The notes: a model not told the origin generated them from the sequence alone. A stretch of DNA of 64,000 bases from a bacterium (GCA_041640655.1 JBEPZV010000008.1:1-64000), one strand, 5' to 3'. Numbered from the stretch's first letter, positions 28,561 to 38,526 are shown. Translations and numbers: made by a program.

Positions 28561-29862
28561 ATGAACAAGACAACGCGTCGCGAATTCATCAAAAAGAGCG
28601 GGCTGACGCTGTTGAGCGTGGGCCTCGGCCAGCAAGCCTTCCTGCGTCAAGTCCGAGCCGCTTCCGAGAGCGTCCTGACGCAGGCGGCTGCGCTCAGCCC
28701 CGTGGACCGCATCCTCGTCGTCATCCAGATGGATGGGGGCAACGACGGACTGAATACGGTGATCCCGCTCACCGGCTCGGCGGCTTCTCTGTATCGCCAG
28801 TATCGTCCCACGCTCGCCATCCCGGAAGAGAACGTCCTGCCTATTGGGACGGACGCGGCCGGAACGCTCTTGGGATTTCATCCGAGTCTCTCGCCTCTGA
28901 AGGACCTCTACGCCCAGGGGCACGTCGCAGTGATTCAATCCGTGGGATATCCGAACCCGAATCGCTCGCATTTCGCCTCGCAAGACATCTGGCACACGGC
29001 CGACCCGCAGGGGATGAAGCGCACCGGCTGGCTCGGGGACTATTTGGACGTCGCCTTCTCCTCGGCGGACAATCCCCTGTTGGCTATCTCCCTCGCCGGA
29101 GGGCGGCTCCCGCTCACACTCCGCGCCGAGCAGGTCCTTGTGCCGGCCATCAGCAACGTGGCCAACTATCAATTCCGAACGCAGCCGCCGGGCGACCACG
29201 AGAACAAGATGCGGACGTTCCTGGCGCTGAATCGGGAGACAGCGCCCGAGCACGTGCTTCGCGAGCAGATTCGGCTCATCGCGCTCGACACGTACGAGAG
29301 CGTCCAGATGCTGCAGTCCGGCGTCCAGCGCTACACGTCTGACCCTTCCATCACGTACAACCAGCAGAATCCCCTGGCGCGCGCGTTGCAACAGGTGGCG
29401 CAGATTCTGGCAGCGGATCTCGGCACGCGCATCCTCTATGTGAGCATCGGCGGGTTCGACACGCACCAGTCGCAAGCGACGCCGCACGCTACGTTGCTCT
29501 CGCGCCTCTCGGAGGCGGTGGCCGTCTTCTACGCGGATCTGGTGCGGCTCGGACACGATGACCGCGTCCTCATGATGACGTGGTCGGAATTCGGCCGCAA
29601 GGTCCTCGAGAACGGGAATCAAGGCACCGATCACGGGACCGTGGGACCACAATTCCTCATCGGGACGCGCGTCAAGGGGGGGATTGTGGGCGAGCATCCG
29701 AGCCTGCGCGCGGAGGATTTGAATCCCGGATTGGGTGATCCGAAGTTCTCCGCTCGCGCGATCGACTTCCGCTCGACTTACGCGACGATCCTGGAGCGGT
29801 GGTTCCGCGTGGATTCGCGAGAGATTCTGGGCGGCACGTTCGAGCTTCTGGATGTCATCTGA
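28561..29862 (+). CDS. DUF1501 domain protein with Tat signal
   Basis: TRREFIK, GGNDGLNTVIP, NRSHF, GGFDTH, SEFGR, GTDHG. Confidence 0.92.
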   Translation: MNKTTRREFIKKSGLTLLSVGLGQQAFLRQVRAASESVLTQAAALSPVDRILVVIQMDGGNDGLNTVIPLTGSAASLYRQYRPTLAIPEENVLPIGTDAAGTLLGFHPSLSPLKDLYAQGHVAVIQSVGYPNPNRSHFASQDIWHTADPQGMKRTGWLGDYLDVAFSSADNPLLAISLAGGRLPLTLRAEQVLVPAISNVANYQFRTQPPGDHENKMRTFLALNRETAPEHVLREQIRLIALDTYESVQMLQSGVQRYTSDPSITYNQQNPLARALQQVAQILAADLGTRILYVSIGGFDTHQSQATPHATLLSRLSEAVAVFYADLVRLGHDDRVLMMTWSEFGRKVLENGNQGTDHGTVGPQFLIGTRVKGGIVGEHPSLRAEDLNPGLGDPKFSARAIDFRSTYATILERWFRVDSREILGGTFELLDVI

Positions 29863-29918
29863 GCCTGAACGACCGCTGGCGAAGCCAGAGACACATCAGC
29901 CGCGGACTCCGCGTATAA

Positions 29919-30962
29919 ATGAGCAAGCGCGCATATGGTGTTCACCTCGTCGCCCTCGGCTTCATCATGGCGGTGGGGCTGGTCGGCTTCGGGCTCTCAA
30001 CGGGCCCACCTCCTGGATTCACGCAGGCTCCGGGCGAGAGCGCCTGCACGGAATGTCATGATTCGTTCGGCGAAGAGACCGATCGCGGACCGGGCGAGTT
30101 GAGGCTCGAACATCCGGCTCGGTATGAATTGGGCCAGACGCTGCCGATCACAGTGAGACTCGAACAGGTGGGACAGCGCCGTTGGGGGTTTCAACTGACG
30201 GCGCTCGCGACGAACACGCTTGAACCGGCCGGAGAATTTGTGCTCACAGACCCCCTTCGCACGCAGATCGTCAGAGGGCCCACGGGACGTCTGTATGTCC
30301 AACACACGCGCGCCGGCACGTTCGCCGGACAACCGGATCGCGCGCAGTGGACCCTCGCCTGGCGCGCGCCCGAGCAGGATGTCGGTCCCGTCACCTTTTA
30401 TGCGACCGGGAATGCCGCCGATGGAGATGGGACGCGCTTGGGGGATTGGATCTATTCCGCGGAATCCACGATCGTCCCCCCCTCGTATCCGACGGCGACG
30501 GTGCGTTTCCCCCGAGGGGGGGAGACTTTCCGCCCCGGTCAGCCGATCGTCATCCACTGGACCGCATCTCAGGCGACCTCCTTCGACCTCCTCTTCTTCC
30601 CCCGCACGGGCGCGCTCCCGGAGCCGATCGCGAGCGGGCTCCCGGCCGAGACGCGAAGCTTCCTCTGGATCGTCCCCGACGTTCCCACCGAATCCGCGCG
30701 CCTTGCGGTCCTCGCCTTCAATGACGCGGGCTTCGCCCTGGCCGAGAGCAATCCCTTTCGCATCGGCTCTCAGTCGTGCGGACACTCCGGAGATGTGAAC
30801 GGAGACGGGCGTCTGGATCGGCAGGACCTGCAGCTTGTGCTGCGTATCCTTCAAGGAAAAGCACCGCCCACACCAAGAGCGGATGTGAATTGCGATGGGA
30901 TCATCACCGCTCACGATGCCATTCGGTTACTGGAAGCCCTTCTGGGACTCCGCCCTCTGTGA
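29919..30962 (+). CDS. Secreted CXXCH + Reeler-like (choice-of-anchor V-like) protein with Ig-like domain and C-terminal dockerin/EF-hand pair
   Basis: GPPPGFTQAPGESACTECH, GFQLTA, WRAP...VTFYATGNAADG, GDVNGDG...ADVNCDG. Confidence 0.75.
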   Translation: MSKRAYGVHLVALGFIMAVGLVGFGLSTGPPPGFTQAPGESACTECHDSFGEETDRGPGELRLEHPARYELGQTLPITVRLEQVGQRRWGFQLTALATNTLEPAGEFVLTDPLRTQIVRGPTGRLYVQHTRAGTFAGQPDRAQWTLAWRAPEQDVGPVTFYATGNAADGDGTRLGDWIYSAESTIVPPSYPTATVRFPRGGETFRPGQPIVIHWTASQATSFDLLFFPRTGALPEPIASGLPAETRSFLWIVPDVPTESARLAVLAFNDAGFALAESNPFRIGSQSCGHSGDVNGDGRLDRQDLQLVLRILQGKAPPTPRADVNCDGIITAHDAIRLLEALLGLRPL

Positions 30963-31086
30963 TTCAGACAAAGAGCATCACGGCGTCCGCTCACGCTCGG
31001 GAAGAGGCCACGTCCTCCACTGGCATCTCCAAGGGGAGTGCTCTCTCCCGCCCGCTCAGACGCCGATGTTCGTGATGTGCCCGGAC

Positions 31087-31392
31087 TCACTCCGGCTTCG
31101 GCGAATTCCACTTGGCCTGAAACTCGGCCGCCGAGAGCGCGTAGTAATCGGCGTTCTTCTCGATGTAGAACGCCCACTTCTCAGGAACTTCATCGTTAGG
31201 GAAGATCGCCTCGACCGGGCAGGCTGGCACGCACGCGCCGCAGTCAATGCATTCTTCGGGGTTGATGTAGAGTTGCTCGACGATGTCGTATCCGGGCTCG
31301 TTCTTCCCCGGGTGAATGCAATCTACCGGGCAGACATCCACGCAGGCCGTGTCTTTCGTGCCGATGCACGGTTCTGCAATCGTATATGCCAT
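31087..31392 (-). CDS. 7Fe-type ferredoxin
   Basis: CIGTKDTACVDVCPVDC...CIDCGACVPACP. Confidence 0.93.
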   Translation of the reverse strand: MAYTIAEPCIGTKDTACVDVCPVDCIHPGKNEPGYDIVEQLYINPEECIDCGACVPACPVEAIFPNDEVPEKWAFYIEKNADYYALSAAEFQAKWNSPKPE

Positions 31393-31572
31393 GCTTCTCC
31401 CTCCCCGCGAGAGTGCCGCGAAACTTGAATTGTCCCTTATACCCGATTTCGCCGGCTCTGGCAAGGGCGATTCCGTTCATGCGCAAAGTCCTCGCGTGCT
31501 CCCTCCGCATGCGGAAGCCGCTCCGCAGATGTGCTACACTAGCCCCGAGAACGCCGTGAGGAGGTGACAACC

Positions 31573-32001
31573 ATGAGGACGGTGGTCGGGTGGATCGTGG
31601 TCGGAATGCTCATCGGGATCCCTGCGGGGCGCGCTTCTCTGGGCGCGGATCCTCCGGGACAACGCTCGAAGAAGGAGAACATGGTCGAGATGGGGCACGC
31701 CTATCGGACCCTGCACGAGAAGATCTTCACCGGAGCGATCGAAGCGAAGTTCACCGATGCGGATTTCCAAGAGCTGAGCGCGCAGGCGGCGGCACTCATC
31801 CGACTCGCCGAGGAGTACGCGAAGCTGGAGACGAACGCTGATCTGGCGAACATCTCGCGCAATCTCGCGCGCGATACGCAGTCGGTGAAGAACCAAGCCG
31901 ATCGTAAGGACGCGATGCTCGCCGTGATGCTCTTTGGCCGCATCATCACCTACTGCGCCGAGTGTCACTATCAAACGCGATGGCCGGAGACGACGAAATA
32001 A
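31573..32001 (+). CDS. Secreted helical c-type cytochrome (cytochrome c'-like)
   Basis: Signal peptide, all-helical, C-terminal CAECH. Confidence 0.7.
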   Translation: MRTVVGWIVVGMLIGIPAGRASLGADPPGQRSKKENMVEMGHAYRTLHEKIFTGAIEAKFTDADFQELSAQAAALIRLAEEYAKLETNADLANISRNLARDTQSVKNQADRKDAMLAVMLFGRIITYCAECHYQTRWPETTK

Positions 32002-32059
32002 GTGCCGGAGGCTCGCGGGGGGAGGCGGAAGCGCACGGGATCAGAAAAAGCCCGCGCGC

Positions 32060-32089
32060 TTGACAGGCCGTCGGGCCATCGGGCACAAT
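32060..32089 (+). promoter_or_regulatory. sigma70-type promoter TTGACA-N18-CACAAT
   Basis: Seen about 120 nt upstream of the 32213 start. Confidence 0.5.
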
Positions 32090-32212
32090 CTCACCGGTTA
32101 TGATGGCCGACCGGAATGCTCGACATCGCCCGCGCGTCGTCTTCGCGAAGACTCCACACGATCAGGCGCGCGAGCCTGTCATCGGGGGAGCGCTCCGAGA
32201 AAGGGGGTGAAT

Positions 32213-33904
32213 ATGAGACCGTCGCGCGTCTTTCCGGCCGTCGCGTGCGTGTTCGTTCTTCTGAGCGTATGTGCGAATGCCTCCTCGCCGCCTCGTCCTT
32301 CGGGAGGGATTATGGGCGTCGTTCTCGACGAGGCGGGGAATCCAGTCATCGGCGCGATCGTGCGGCTCTTGCCGGCCACTACGTCGGACCAGCCGGTGAA
32401 GACGCTGCGCACGGGAATGGACGGCAAATATCTCATCAAGAACCTGACCCCAGGCTCATATCGCGTGCGGGCAGAAGCGCGGGGCTTTCTCCCCGTCGCC
32501 CACATCGTCGAGATCAAGCCGCAGGTCATCCTCAGCTTCGACCTGGAGCTGCGGCGGACGGACACTCTGGCCGAACGCCGTCAGGATCGCGATGATTACC
32601 GATGGGCCGTTCGCGCCTCGCGTCGTCACGTCCTGCGGTTCAACAAGAATGGCGAAATGGAAGAGCGCGTGTTCGTCAGCCTCCTCGATGGCCGGTGGCG
32701 CGGGCACGTGACCATCACCAGTGGATCTCTGCGCGGAGATCGGAGGCGCGTGGTCTCGGGCGGCGCGATGAATTTCGCCCTCGCGCAAGAGCTCTCCCCT
32801 CGGCTGGCGCTCGCCATCGCCGCGCAGACAACGGGATGGGGGGGGTATCCGGGACGATGGGAGATGGAAGCTGTGGCCAAGCCGTTCAAGTCCCATCGCC
32901 TGAATGCTGCGATCGCCGCGACCGAGTGGCGCGCGGCTCCGGAATGGCCACATGAGGTGCGGCAATTGGCGTTTCGGATCGCCGATCACTGGGACGTCGC
33001 ATCCGCGCTCTCGCTCACTTACGGCCTGGACGTGCAGCGAACTCGCGCGCAGGGGCTCGCCTCCTGGGAGACCATCCCCCGACTCGGCCTGCGATGGGCT
33101 CTCACCGAACACATGTGGATCAAGGCCGACTTCTCATCGCTCCAGGAAGAGCATGCCGATCTCACACGCGGGAGCGCTACGCTCCCGGCGCCCTATCCCG
33201 CTCGGCCCTACCTCCAATGGGATGGCCGCCCAATGGACGGGGGACATCACTGGCAAGTGGGCCTGGAACGCGCTCTCGGAGAGCAGCACAAGCTGGAGAT
33301 TGCGATCTTTCAAAATGCGAGCCCAAGTGATGAGCTGGGACAAGCGAACCGCGGCGCGAGCGTCTTCTCTGCAGGGATCGGATCACGTCATGGCCTTCGT
33401 ATTCTCTACACTCGCCCGCTTTGCGATTCGGTGAGGGCGACCGTCGGCTACGCCTTCGGCGCTGAACGATTGTCGCCTTCCGAGAAGACGGTCGGCGCCC
33501 TCTCGCCTCGCGATTTTCACCTCCTGGCTGGACGCGTGGACGCCACGCTCGCCCGCACCCGCACGCGCGTGGCGGCTCACTTCCGCGCCGCGCGAGGATG
33601 GAGCGCGATGGATGCGGACCCCTTCTATAGCCTCCCTTCTCACATCCTCTCGGTGCTGATCGCGCCCGTGTGGGAGCGGCCATCGGAAGATGGCCTTCCT
33701 CACTTGCCCCCTCTTGATCCTGGCTTGACGCTGGTCATCGCCCAGGAGCTGCCGAGCGTCGCCTTTTTGCCGGGCCGTTGGGAGGCCATCATTGAAGCGC
33801 GAAACCTGATCGCATGGCCCCAGAACGCGCGCGCGGAGGGGAGCGGGATCCTCCTTGTCCGCGCTCCTCGCTCGATTCGGGGAAGCCTCGCCTTGCGCTT
33901 CTGA
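32213..33904 (+). CDS. Carboxypeptidase-regulatory-like domain plus putative outer-membrane beta-barrel
   Basis: Signal; GVVLDEAGNPVIGAIV...NLTPGSYRVRAEARGF; amphipathic strands; C-terminal Phe (GSLALRF). Confidence 0.7.
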   Translation: MRPSRVFPAVACVFVLLSVCANASSPPRPSGGIMGVVLDEAGNPVIGAIVRLLPATTSDQPVKTLRTGMDGKYLIKNLTPGSYRVRAEARGFLPVAHIVEIKPQVILSFDLELRRTDTLAERRQDRDDYRWAVRASRRHVLRFNKNGEMEERVFVSLLDGRWRGHVTITSGSLRGDRRRVVSGGAMNFALAQELSPRLALAIAAQTTGWGGYPGRWEMEAVAKPFKSHRLNAAIAATEWRAAPEWPHEVRQLAFRIADHWDVASALSLTYGLDVQRTRAQGLASWETIPRLGLRWALTEHMWIKADFSSLQEEHADLTRGSATLPAPYPARPYLQWDGRPMDGGHHWQVGLERALGEQHKLEIAIFQNASPSDELGQANRGASVFSAGIGSRHGLRILYTRPLCDSVRATVGYAFGAERLSPSEKTVGALSPRDFHLLAGRVDATLARTRTRVAAHFRAARGWSAMDADPFYSLPSHILSVLIAPVWERPSEDGLPHLPPLDPGLTLVIAQELPSVAFLPGRWEAIIEARNLIAWPQNARAEGSGILLVRAPRSIRGSLALRF

Positions 33905-33945
33905 TGCTTTGGGTCTCCGGCTCTGGTCGCAGCATGGGCAGCAGC

Positions 33946-33982
33946 TTCCGAAAATCTGGAAAGAGTTTCCGAAAAAATGGAA
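33946..33982. promoter_or_regulatory. Tandem TTCC-N8-GGAA palindromes (candidate enhancer-binding-protein UAS)
   Basis: TTCCgaaaatctGGAA (33946-33961) and TTCCgaaaaaatGGAA (33967-33982), 21 bp apart; same arrangement at 42763-42799. Confidence 0.75.
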
Positions 33983-34060
33983 GGTTTGGCGAGGCCCCAG
34001 CGTCTCCCTTCTTGAGGGAACAGGCTGAAAATTCAGCGCTTACTTCTACCGCGCGTTTCA

Positions 34061-34076
34061 CGGAATGGGATTTGCT
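34061..34076 (+). promoter_or_regulatory. Degenerate sigma54 -24/-12 promoter
   Basis: cGGaatgggatttGCt: GG-N10-GC with TTTGCT. Confidence 0.5.
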
Positions 34077-34089
34077 TATATAACCCGCG

Positions 34090-37023
34090 ATGATGCCGAG
34101 GAGGTTGAGCCGACAAACGATATTCCTCCTGCTTGTGACCGGCGCATTGGTCCTGCTGGGGACCCTCAACCTCCACTCTCGTCTCAAGCGGCCTCAAATC
34201 CCATATGATGGGGTGACATGGGCGGACTCTTCTCAGGGGATCGTCGCGGCTATTGTGGATCTCCAGGGTCCGGCCGCACGAGCGGGGGTGCGCCGAGGCG
34301 ATCGCCTGGTGGGGATCAGCCTGAGCGGCAGTTCCCCCTTCGACGCTGTCGCGCGTGCCAGTGACGTCCAGATCTATCTCGAGGCGGCGGGTGTCGGAGC
34401 CCCGATCTCCTACCTCATCGAACGCGCCAATGTCTATGGGGATCGCTCGACCTGGGTGGCGGACATCCCCGAATTAGTGGCCAAACCGCAGAAGCTCGGA
34501 CGAGGCCTCTATCTGGCGGCCATCGGCGTCGTCTACTTGGTGATCGGCCTCTACGTGCTGCTCAAGCAGGGGCGGGCTCCGTATGTGCGCCATTTCTACT
34601 TGATCTGCTTGATGGCCTTCATCGTCCATTTCTACAGCTTCACGGAGACGCTCGATCGGTTGGATTGGATCATCTTCTTGGCCGATAATGCCGCGCTCCT
34701 GCTTCTGGCCCCGCTCTTTCTGCATTTCGCGGCGCTGTTTCCACTGCGGCGGCAGATCGTGCGGCAGCGGCGCGCCGCCACGGTGGCCATTTACGTGCCG
34801 GCCATGATCCTGCTGGCCCTGGAGATCGCGCTGGCGGCCGGCTGGCGACCTCGCACCGCATCGGTATTGCGGTTGCGCGCGCATCTGGATACGGCGGCGC
34901 TCGTTCAATTCATCGGCTGCTTCCTCGCTGGCGGCGGCCTTTTGGTCCGTACGTTCCTCAAGGCCGAGACCCCCTTGCTGCGACAACAGATGAAATGGAT
35001 CGTCTGGGGACTCGGCGTGAGCATCCTTCCCTTCACGGCGTACGAACTCTACGCCTATTTCGTCACCCCGAATGTCTCCCCGGTCGTCGAAGCGCTGGCC
35101 ATCGGCCCGCTCATCTTCATTCCTCTGTCGTTCGGCTACTCGATCGTGCGGTATCGGCTGATGGACGTGGACGTGATTGTGCGGCGCAGTTTCGTCCATT
35201 TCCTGGCGACGGCGTCGGTGGCCGCGCTCTATGCGATCATTCTGGGCAAAGGGGCGACGCTCATCACCGAACTGGTGCCGAATGCGCCGGCCTGGTTCAT
35301 TCAGGCCGTCACCGTGGGCGGCGTGCTCGCCATCGCCATGCTCTTCGCGCCGATCAAGAACTGGCTCATGGAGCGCATGGATCGGCTCTTTTATGGGGAG
35401 CGGTATAGCGCCCGCCGGAGTCTCGATGCTTTCATCCGCACGATCTCAGCGACGACGGATCTGGACGCCCTGCTGGAGCGAACAGCGGAGCGTCTGCGGC
35501 GGATCTTCTCGGTCGAGAAGATCGCCATCTTCATCGAGGATGCGCGAACGCCGGTGGGATATCGCCTCGCCTTCTCCCGAGGCGTGTCGGCGGCGGATCT
35601 GCAGCTGCCCCCGGATTTCGGACGGATCGTCCTGGCCGAGAGCGGCCGCAGCGGCGTCCTCGCGCGCGAGGTGACCCCTTGGCTCCCGGAGACCTTCGCG
35701 CGCGGCGTGGATGATTTGCAGTATTTCGTCCCCTGCCTGACTCACGATCGGCCGATCGCGATCCTGGCGCTCGGTCGGCCCATGGAGGCGCCGCTTCTCA
35801 CCTCGGAGGATATCGGGCTGCTGCGCGTCATCTCCGGGTACCTCGCCATCGCCATCGAGAATAGCCTTCTCTACGGCGAGCAGGCCCGCCGTGCCGCCGA
35901 GTTGGCCCACCTCAAGGAGTTCAGCGAGAGCGTCATCGAATCCATCAATGTGGGGATCATCGCTCTCACGCCCGAGGGGCGCGTCACGATGTGGAATTCG
36001 GCGGCAGAGGCGCTCGTGGGGATCCCGCGTCCGCAGGCGCTCGACCGCCCGATCGAGGAGCTTCTGGACGCGGATCTCATCCGCGCGCTCCGCGACGTCA
36101 CGCATCCTTACGGATGGGCCGTGCCCGAGGTGCGAAACATCTACAAGTTCCGCTGGCGCGCGGGTGAGGATCGTGATCTCGTCCTCAATGTCTCACTCGT
36201 CCCGCTCTGGATGCGCTCGGGCGGGCCCTCGGGATCGCTGCTTGTCCTCGAAGACCTGACGCATCGGGTGCGGCTTGAGGAGCAATTGCAGCAACGGGAG
36301 AAGCTCTCCTCGCTGGGCCTGCTGGCTGCCGGAGTCGCGCACGAGGTGAACACGCCGCTGGCGGGAATCTCCAGCTACACGCAGATGCTCCTCAAGCAGT
36401 TCCCCCCGACCGATCCGCGTCGCGCGCTCCTGGAGAAGATCGAGACGCAGGTGCTGCGCGCGTCACAGATCGTCCAGAGCCTGTTGAACTTCGCGCGCAT
36501 GGAGCGCCCGACGGTGAGCGAGTTGGACATCCGAAGAGTCCTCGACGATACACTCCAACTTCTGGAACCCCAATTGCGCAATACGCGCATCGAGGTGGTG
36601 CGACGATATGCCGAGGAGCTGCCGCCGGTGCTCGGTGACGCGACGAAGTTGCAGCAGGTCTTCATGAATCTGATCTTGAACGCGCGCGACGCCATGCCCG
36701 AGGGCGGACGGCTCACGTTGGCGGCATATCTGAGCGATGGTCAGGTCTGCGTGGACGTCGAGGACACGGGGGTGGGCATCCCGCCCGAACACATCGCCCG
36801 CATTTACGATCCGTTCTTCACGACCAAGGGCGTGGGGCGGGGGACCGGCTTGGGCTTGGCGCTCAGCTACGGCATCATCCAGGAACACGCCGGGCGCATC
36901 TTCGTCGAGAGCCAGGTCGGTCGCGGCACACGGTTCACCATCGCGCTGCCCGCTCTGGACGCTCGGCGCGCTTCAGGCGCCCTCGGCGAGACTCCGGAGA
37001 GAGCCGTGGCGGCCGGAGATTGA
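34090..37023 (+). CDS. Sensor histidine kinase: periplasmic PDZ, multi-TM, GAF, PAS, HisKA, HATPase
   Basis: GPAARAGVRRGDRLVGI (PDZ), AHEVNTP, QVFMNLILNARDAM, DTGVGI, FFTTK, GTGLGL. Confidence 0.92.
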   Translation: MMPRRLSRQTIFLLLVTGALVLLGTLNLHSRLKRPQIPYDGVTWADSSQGIVAAIVDLQGPAARAGVRRGDRLVGISLSGSSPFDAVARASDVQIYLEAAGVGAPISYLIERANVYGDRSTWVADIPELVAKPQKLGRGLYLAAIGVVYLVIGLYVLLKQGRAPYVRHFYLICLMAFIVHFYSFTETLDRLDWIIFLADNAALLLLAPLFLHFAALFPLRRQIVRQRRAATVAIYVPAMILLALEIALAAGWRPRTASVLRLRAHLDTAALVQFIGCFLAGGGLLVRTFLKAETPLLRQQMKWIVWGLGVSILPFTAYELYAYFVTPNVSPVVEALAIGPLIFIPLSFGYSIVRYRLMDVDVIVRRSFVHFLATASVAALYAIILGKGATLITELVPNAPAWFIQAVTVGGVLAIAMLFAPIKNWLMERMDRLFYGERYSARRSLDAFIRTISATTDLDALLERTAERLRRIFSVEKIAIFIEDARTPVGYRLAFSRGVSAADLQLPPDFGRIVLAESGRSGVLAREVTPWLPETFARGVDDLQYFVPCLTHDRPIAILALGRPMEAPLLTSEDIGLLRVISGYLAIAIENSLLYGEQARRAAELAHLKEFSESVIESINVGIIALTPEGRVTMWNSAAEALVGIPRPQALDRPIEELLDADLIRALRDVTHPYGWAVPEVRNIYKFRWRAGEDRDLVLNVSLVPLWMRSGGPSGSLLVLEDLTHRVRLEEQLQQREKLSSLGLLAAGVAHEVNTPLAGISSYTQMLLKQFPPTDPRRALLEKIETQVLRASQIVQSLLNFARMERPTVSELDIRRVLDDTLQLLEPQLRNTRIEVVRRYAEELPPVLGDATKLQQVFMNLILNARDAMPEGGRLTLAAYLSDGQVCVDVEDTGVGIPPEHIARIYDPFFTTKGVGRGTGLGLALSYGIIQEHAGRIFVESQVGRGTRFTIALPALDARRASGALGETPERAVAAGD

Positions 37024-37110
37024 TCTCCCCGGGAAGACGCGCGCGCCATCCCCCTCACCGAACACGCCCATTCTGCTCGGCTCGCACCTTGTGCTACCAT
37101 TTAGAACGCT

Positions 37111-38526
37111 ATGGGTCGCAAGGGGACGATCCTGGTCATTGACGATGAGGAAGTGATGCGCGATGTCCTCGAGAGCCTGCTCACGGCCGAGGGCTATCGC
37201 GTGGACACCGCGCGCACGGGCGAAGAGGGATTGGAGAAATTCCGCGAACGCCCATATGATCTGGTCCTGCTCGACGTCTCCATGCCCGGCATGGGGGGGA
37301 TTGCGACGCTGCAGGAGCTGCTGCGCATTGATCCCGAGGCCGTGGTCGTCATCATCACGGCCTATGCGACCTTCGAGACGGCGATGGCCGCTTGGCAACT
37401 GGGGGCCTTCAACTGCATCCGCAAGCCGTTTCAGAACGATCAGATCATACAGGTGGTCGAGGCCGGGATTCGCCGCCGCCGCAAGGACGAGGAGCGCCGC
37501 ATCCTGAGCCAGACGCTGCGACAAGGATCGGCTCTTCGCCAGATCATCGCGCGCAGTCCGAAGATGCGCAAGGTCCTCGATCTGGTCGCGCAGGTGGCCC
37601 CCACGCGCTCGACCGTGCTGATCCAAGGCGAATCGGGAACGGGCAAGGAGCTGATCGCCCGCGCCATCCACTTCATGAGTCCGCGCGCGGAGACCGGTCA
37701 ATTCGTCGCCGTCAACTGCAGCAATGTCTCCCCGGAGCTTCTGGAGAGCGACCTGTTCGGCCATGTCAAAGGGGCTTTCACCGGCGCCATCGCCGCCAAG
37801 AAGGGCCGATTCGAGATCGCCGATGGTGGCAGCATCTTTCTTGATGAGATCGGCAACATCAGCCTCGACATCCAAGCTAAGCTCCTGCGCGTCATCCAGG
37901 AGCGCGAGTTCACGCCTGTCGGCGACACGACGACGCGGCGGGTGGATGTGCGGATCATCGCGGCCACCAATATTGATCTCAAGAAGGCCGTGAGCGAGGG
38001 GCGCTTTCGCGAAGACCTCTTCTATCGGCTCAACGTCATCACGATTCATCTGCCGCCGCTGCGGGAGCGGAAGGAGGACATCCTGCCGCTGGTCCAGCAC
38101 TTCATCCGAAAGTTCAATGCCGAGAACCATCGGAACATCTCGACGGAGTTGGATCCGGAGGTGCTGCGCGCTCTGGAGGAATATCCGTGGCCGGGCAATG
38201 TGCGCGAGTTGGAGAACGTGATCGAGCGGGCCGTCATCATCGCGCGCGGCGATCGGATCACGCTCGACTGTCTGCCCGATGAGATCCTCGATCCGCGCGC
38301 GGCCGAGGAGTTCCTGCACCGCGTGAGGACGGACGATCTGGCGCGGGACATCCCCATCGCGCAGGGCATCTCCTTCTACGATGAGGTCGCTAAGTTCGAG
38401 ATCAGCCTCATCCGGCGCGCGCTGGAGATCACCGGCGGCAATCAGAGTCGCGCCGCGCGCTTGCTCGGGATGAACACGACGACGCTCAACAGCAAGATCA
38501 AAGCCTACAATATCAGCGTGAAATGA
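37111..38526 (+). CDS. NtrC-family sigma54-dependent response regulator
   Basis: REC (VIDDE, LLDVSMPG), GESGTGKE, intact GAFTGA, FLDEIG, Fis-type HTH. Confidence 0.96.
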   Translation: MGRKGTILVIDDEEVMRDVLESLLTAEGYRVDTARTGEEGLEKFRERPYDLVLLDVSMPGMGGIATLQELLRIDPEAVVVIITAYATFETAMAAWQLGAFNCIRKPFQNDQIIQVVEAGIRRRRKDEERRILSQTLRQGSALRQIIARSPKMRKVLDLVAQVAPTRSTVLIQGESGTGKELIARAIHFMSPRAETGQFVAVNCSNVSPELLESDLFGHVKGAFTGAIAAKKGRFEIADGGSIFLDEIGNISLDIQAKLLRVIQEREFTPVGDTTTRRVDVRIIAATNIDLKKAVSEGRFREDLFYRLNVITIHLPPLRERKEDILPLVQHFIRKFNAENHRNISTELDPEVLRALEEYPWPGNVRELENVIERAVIIARGDRITLDCLPDEILDPRAAEEFLHRVRTDDLARDIPIAQGISFYDEVAKFEISLIRRALEITGGNQSRAARLLGMNTTTLNSKIKAYNISVK

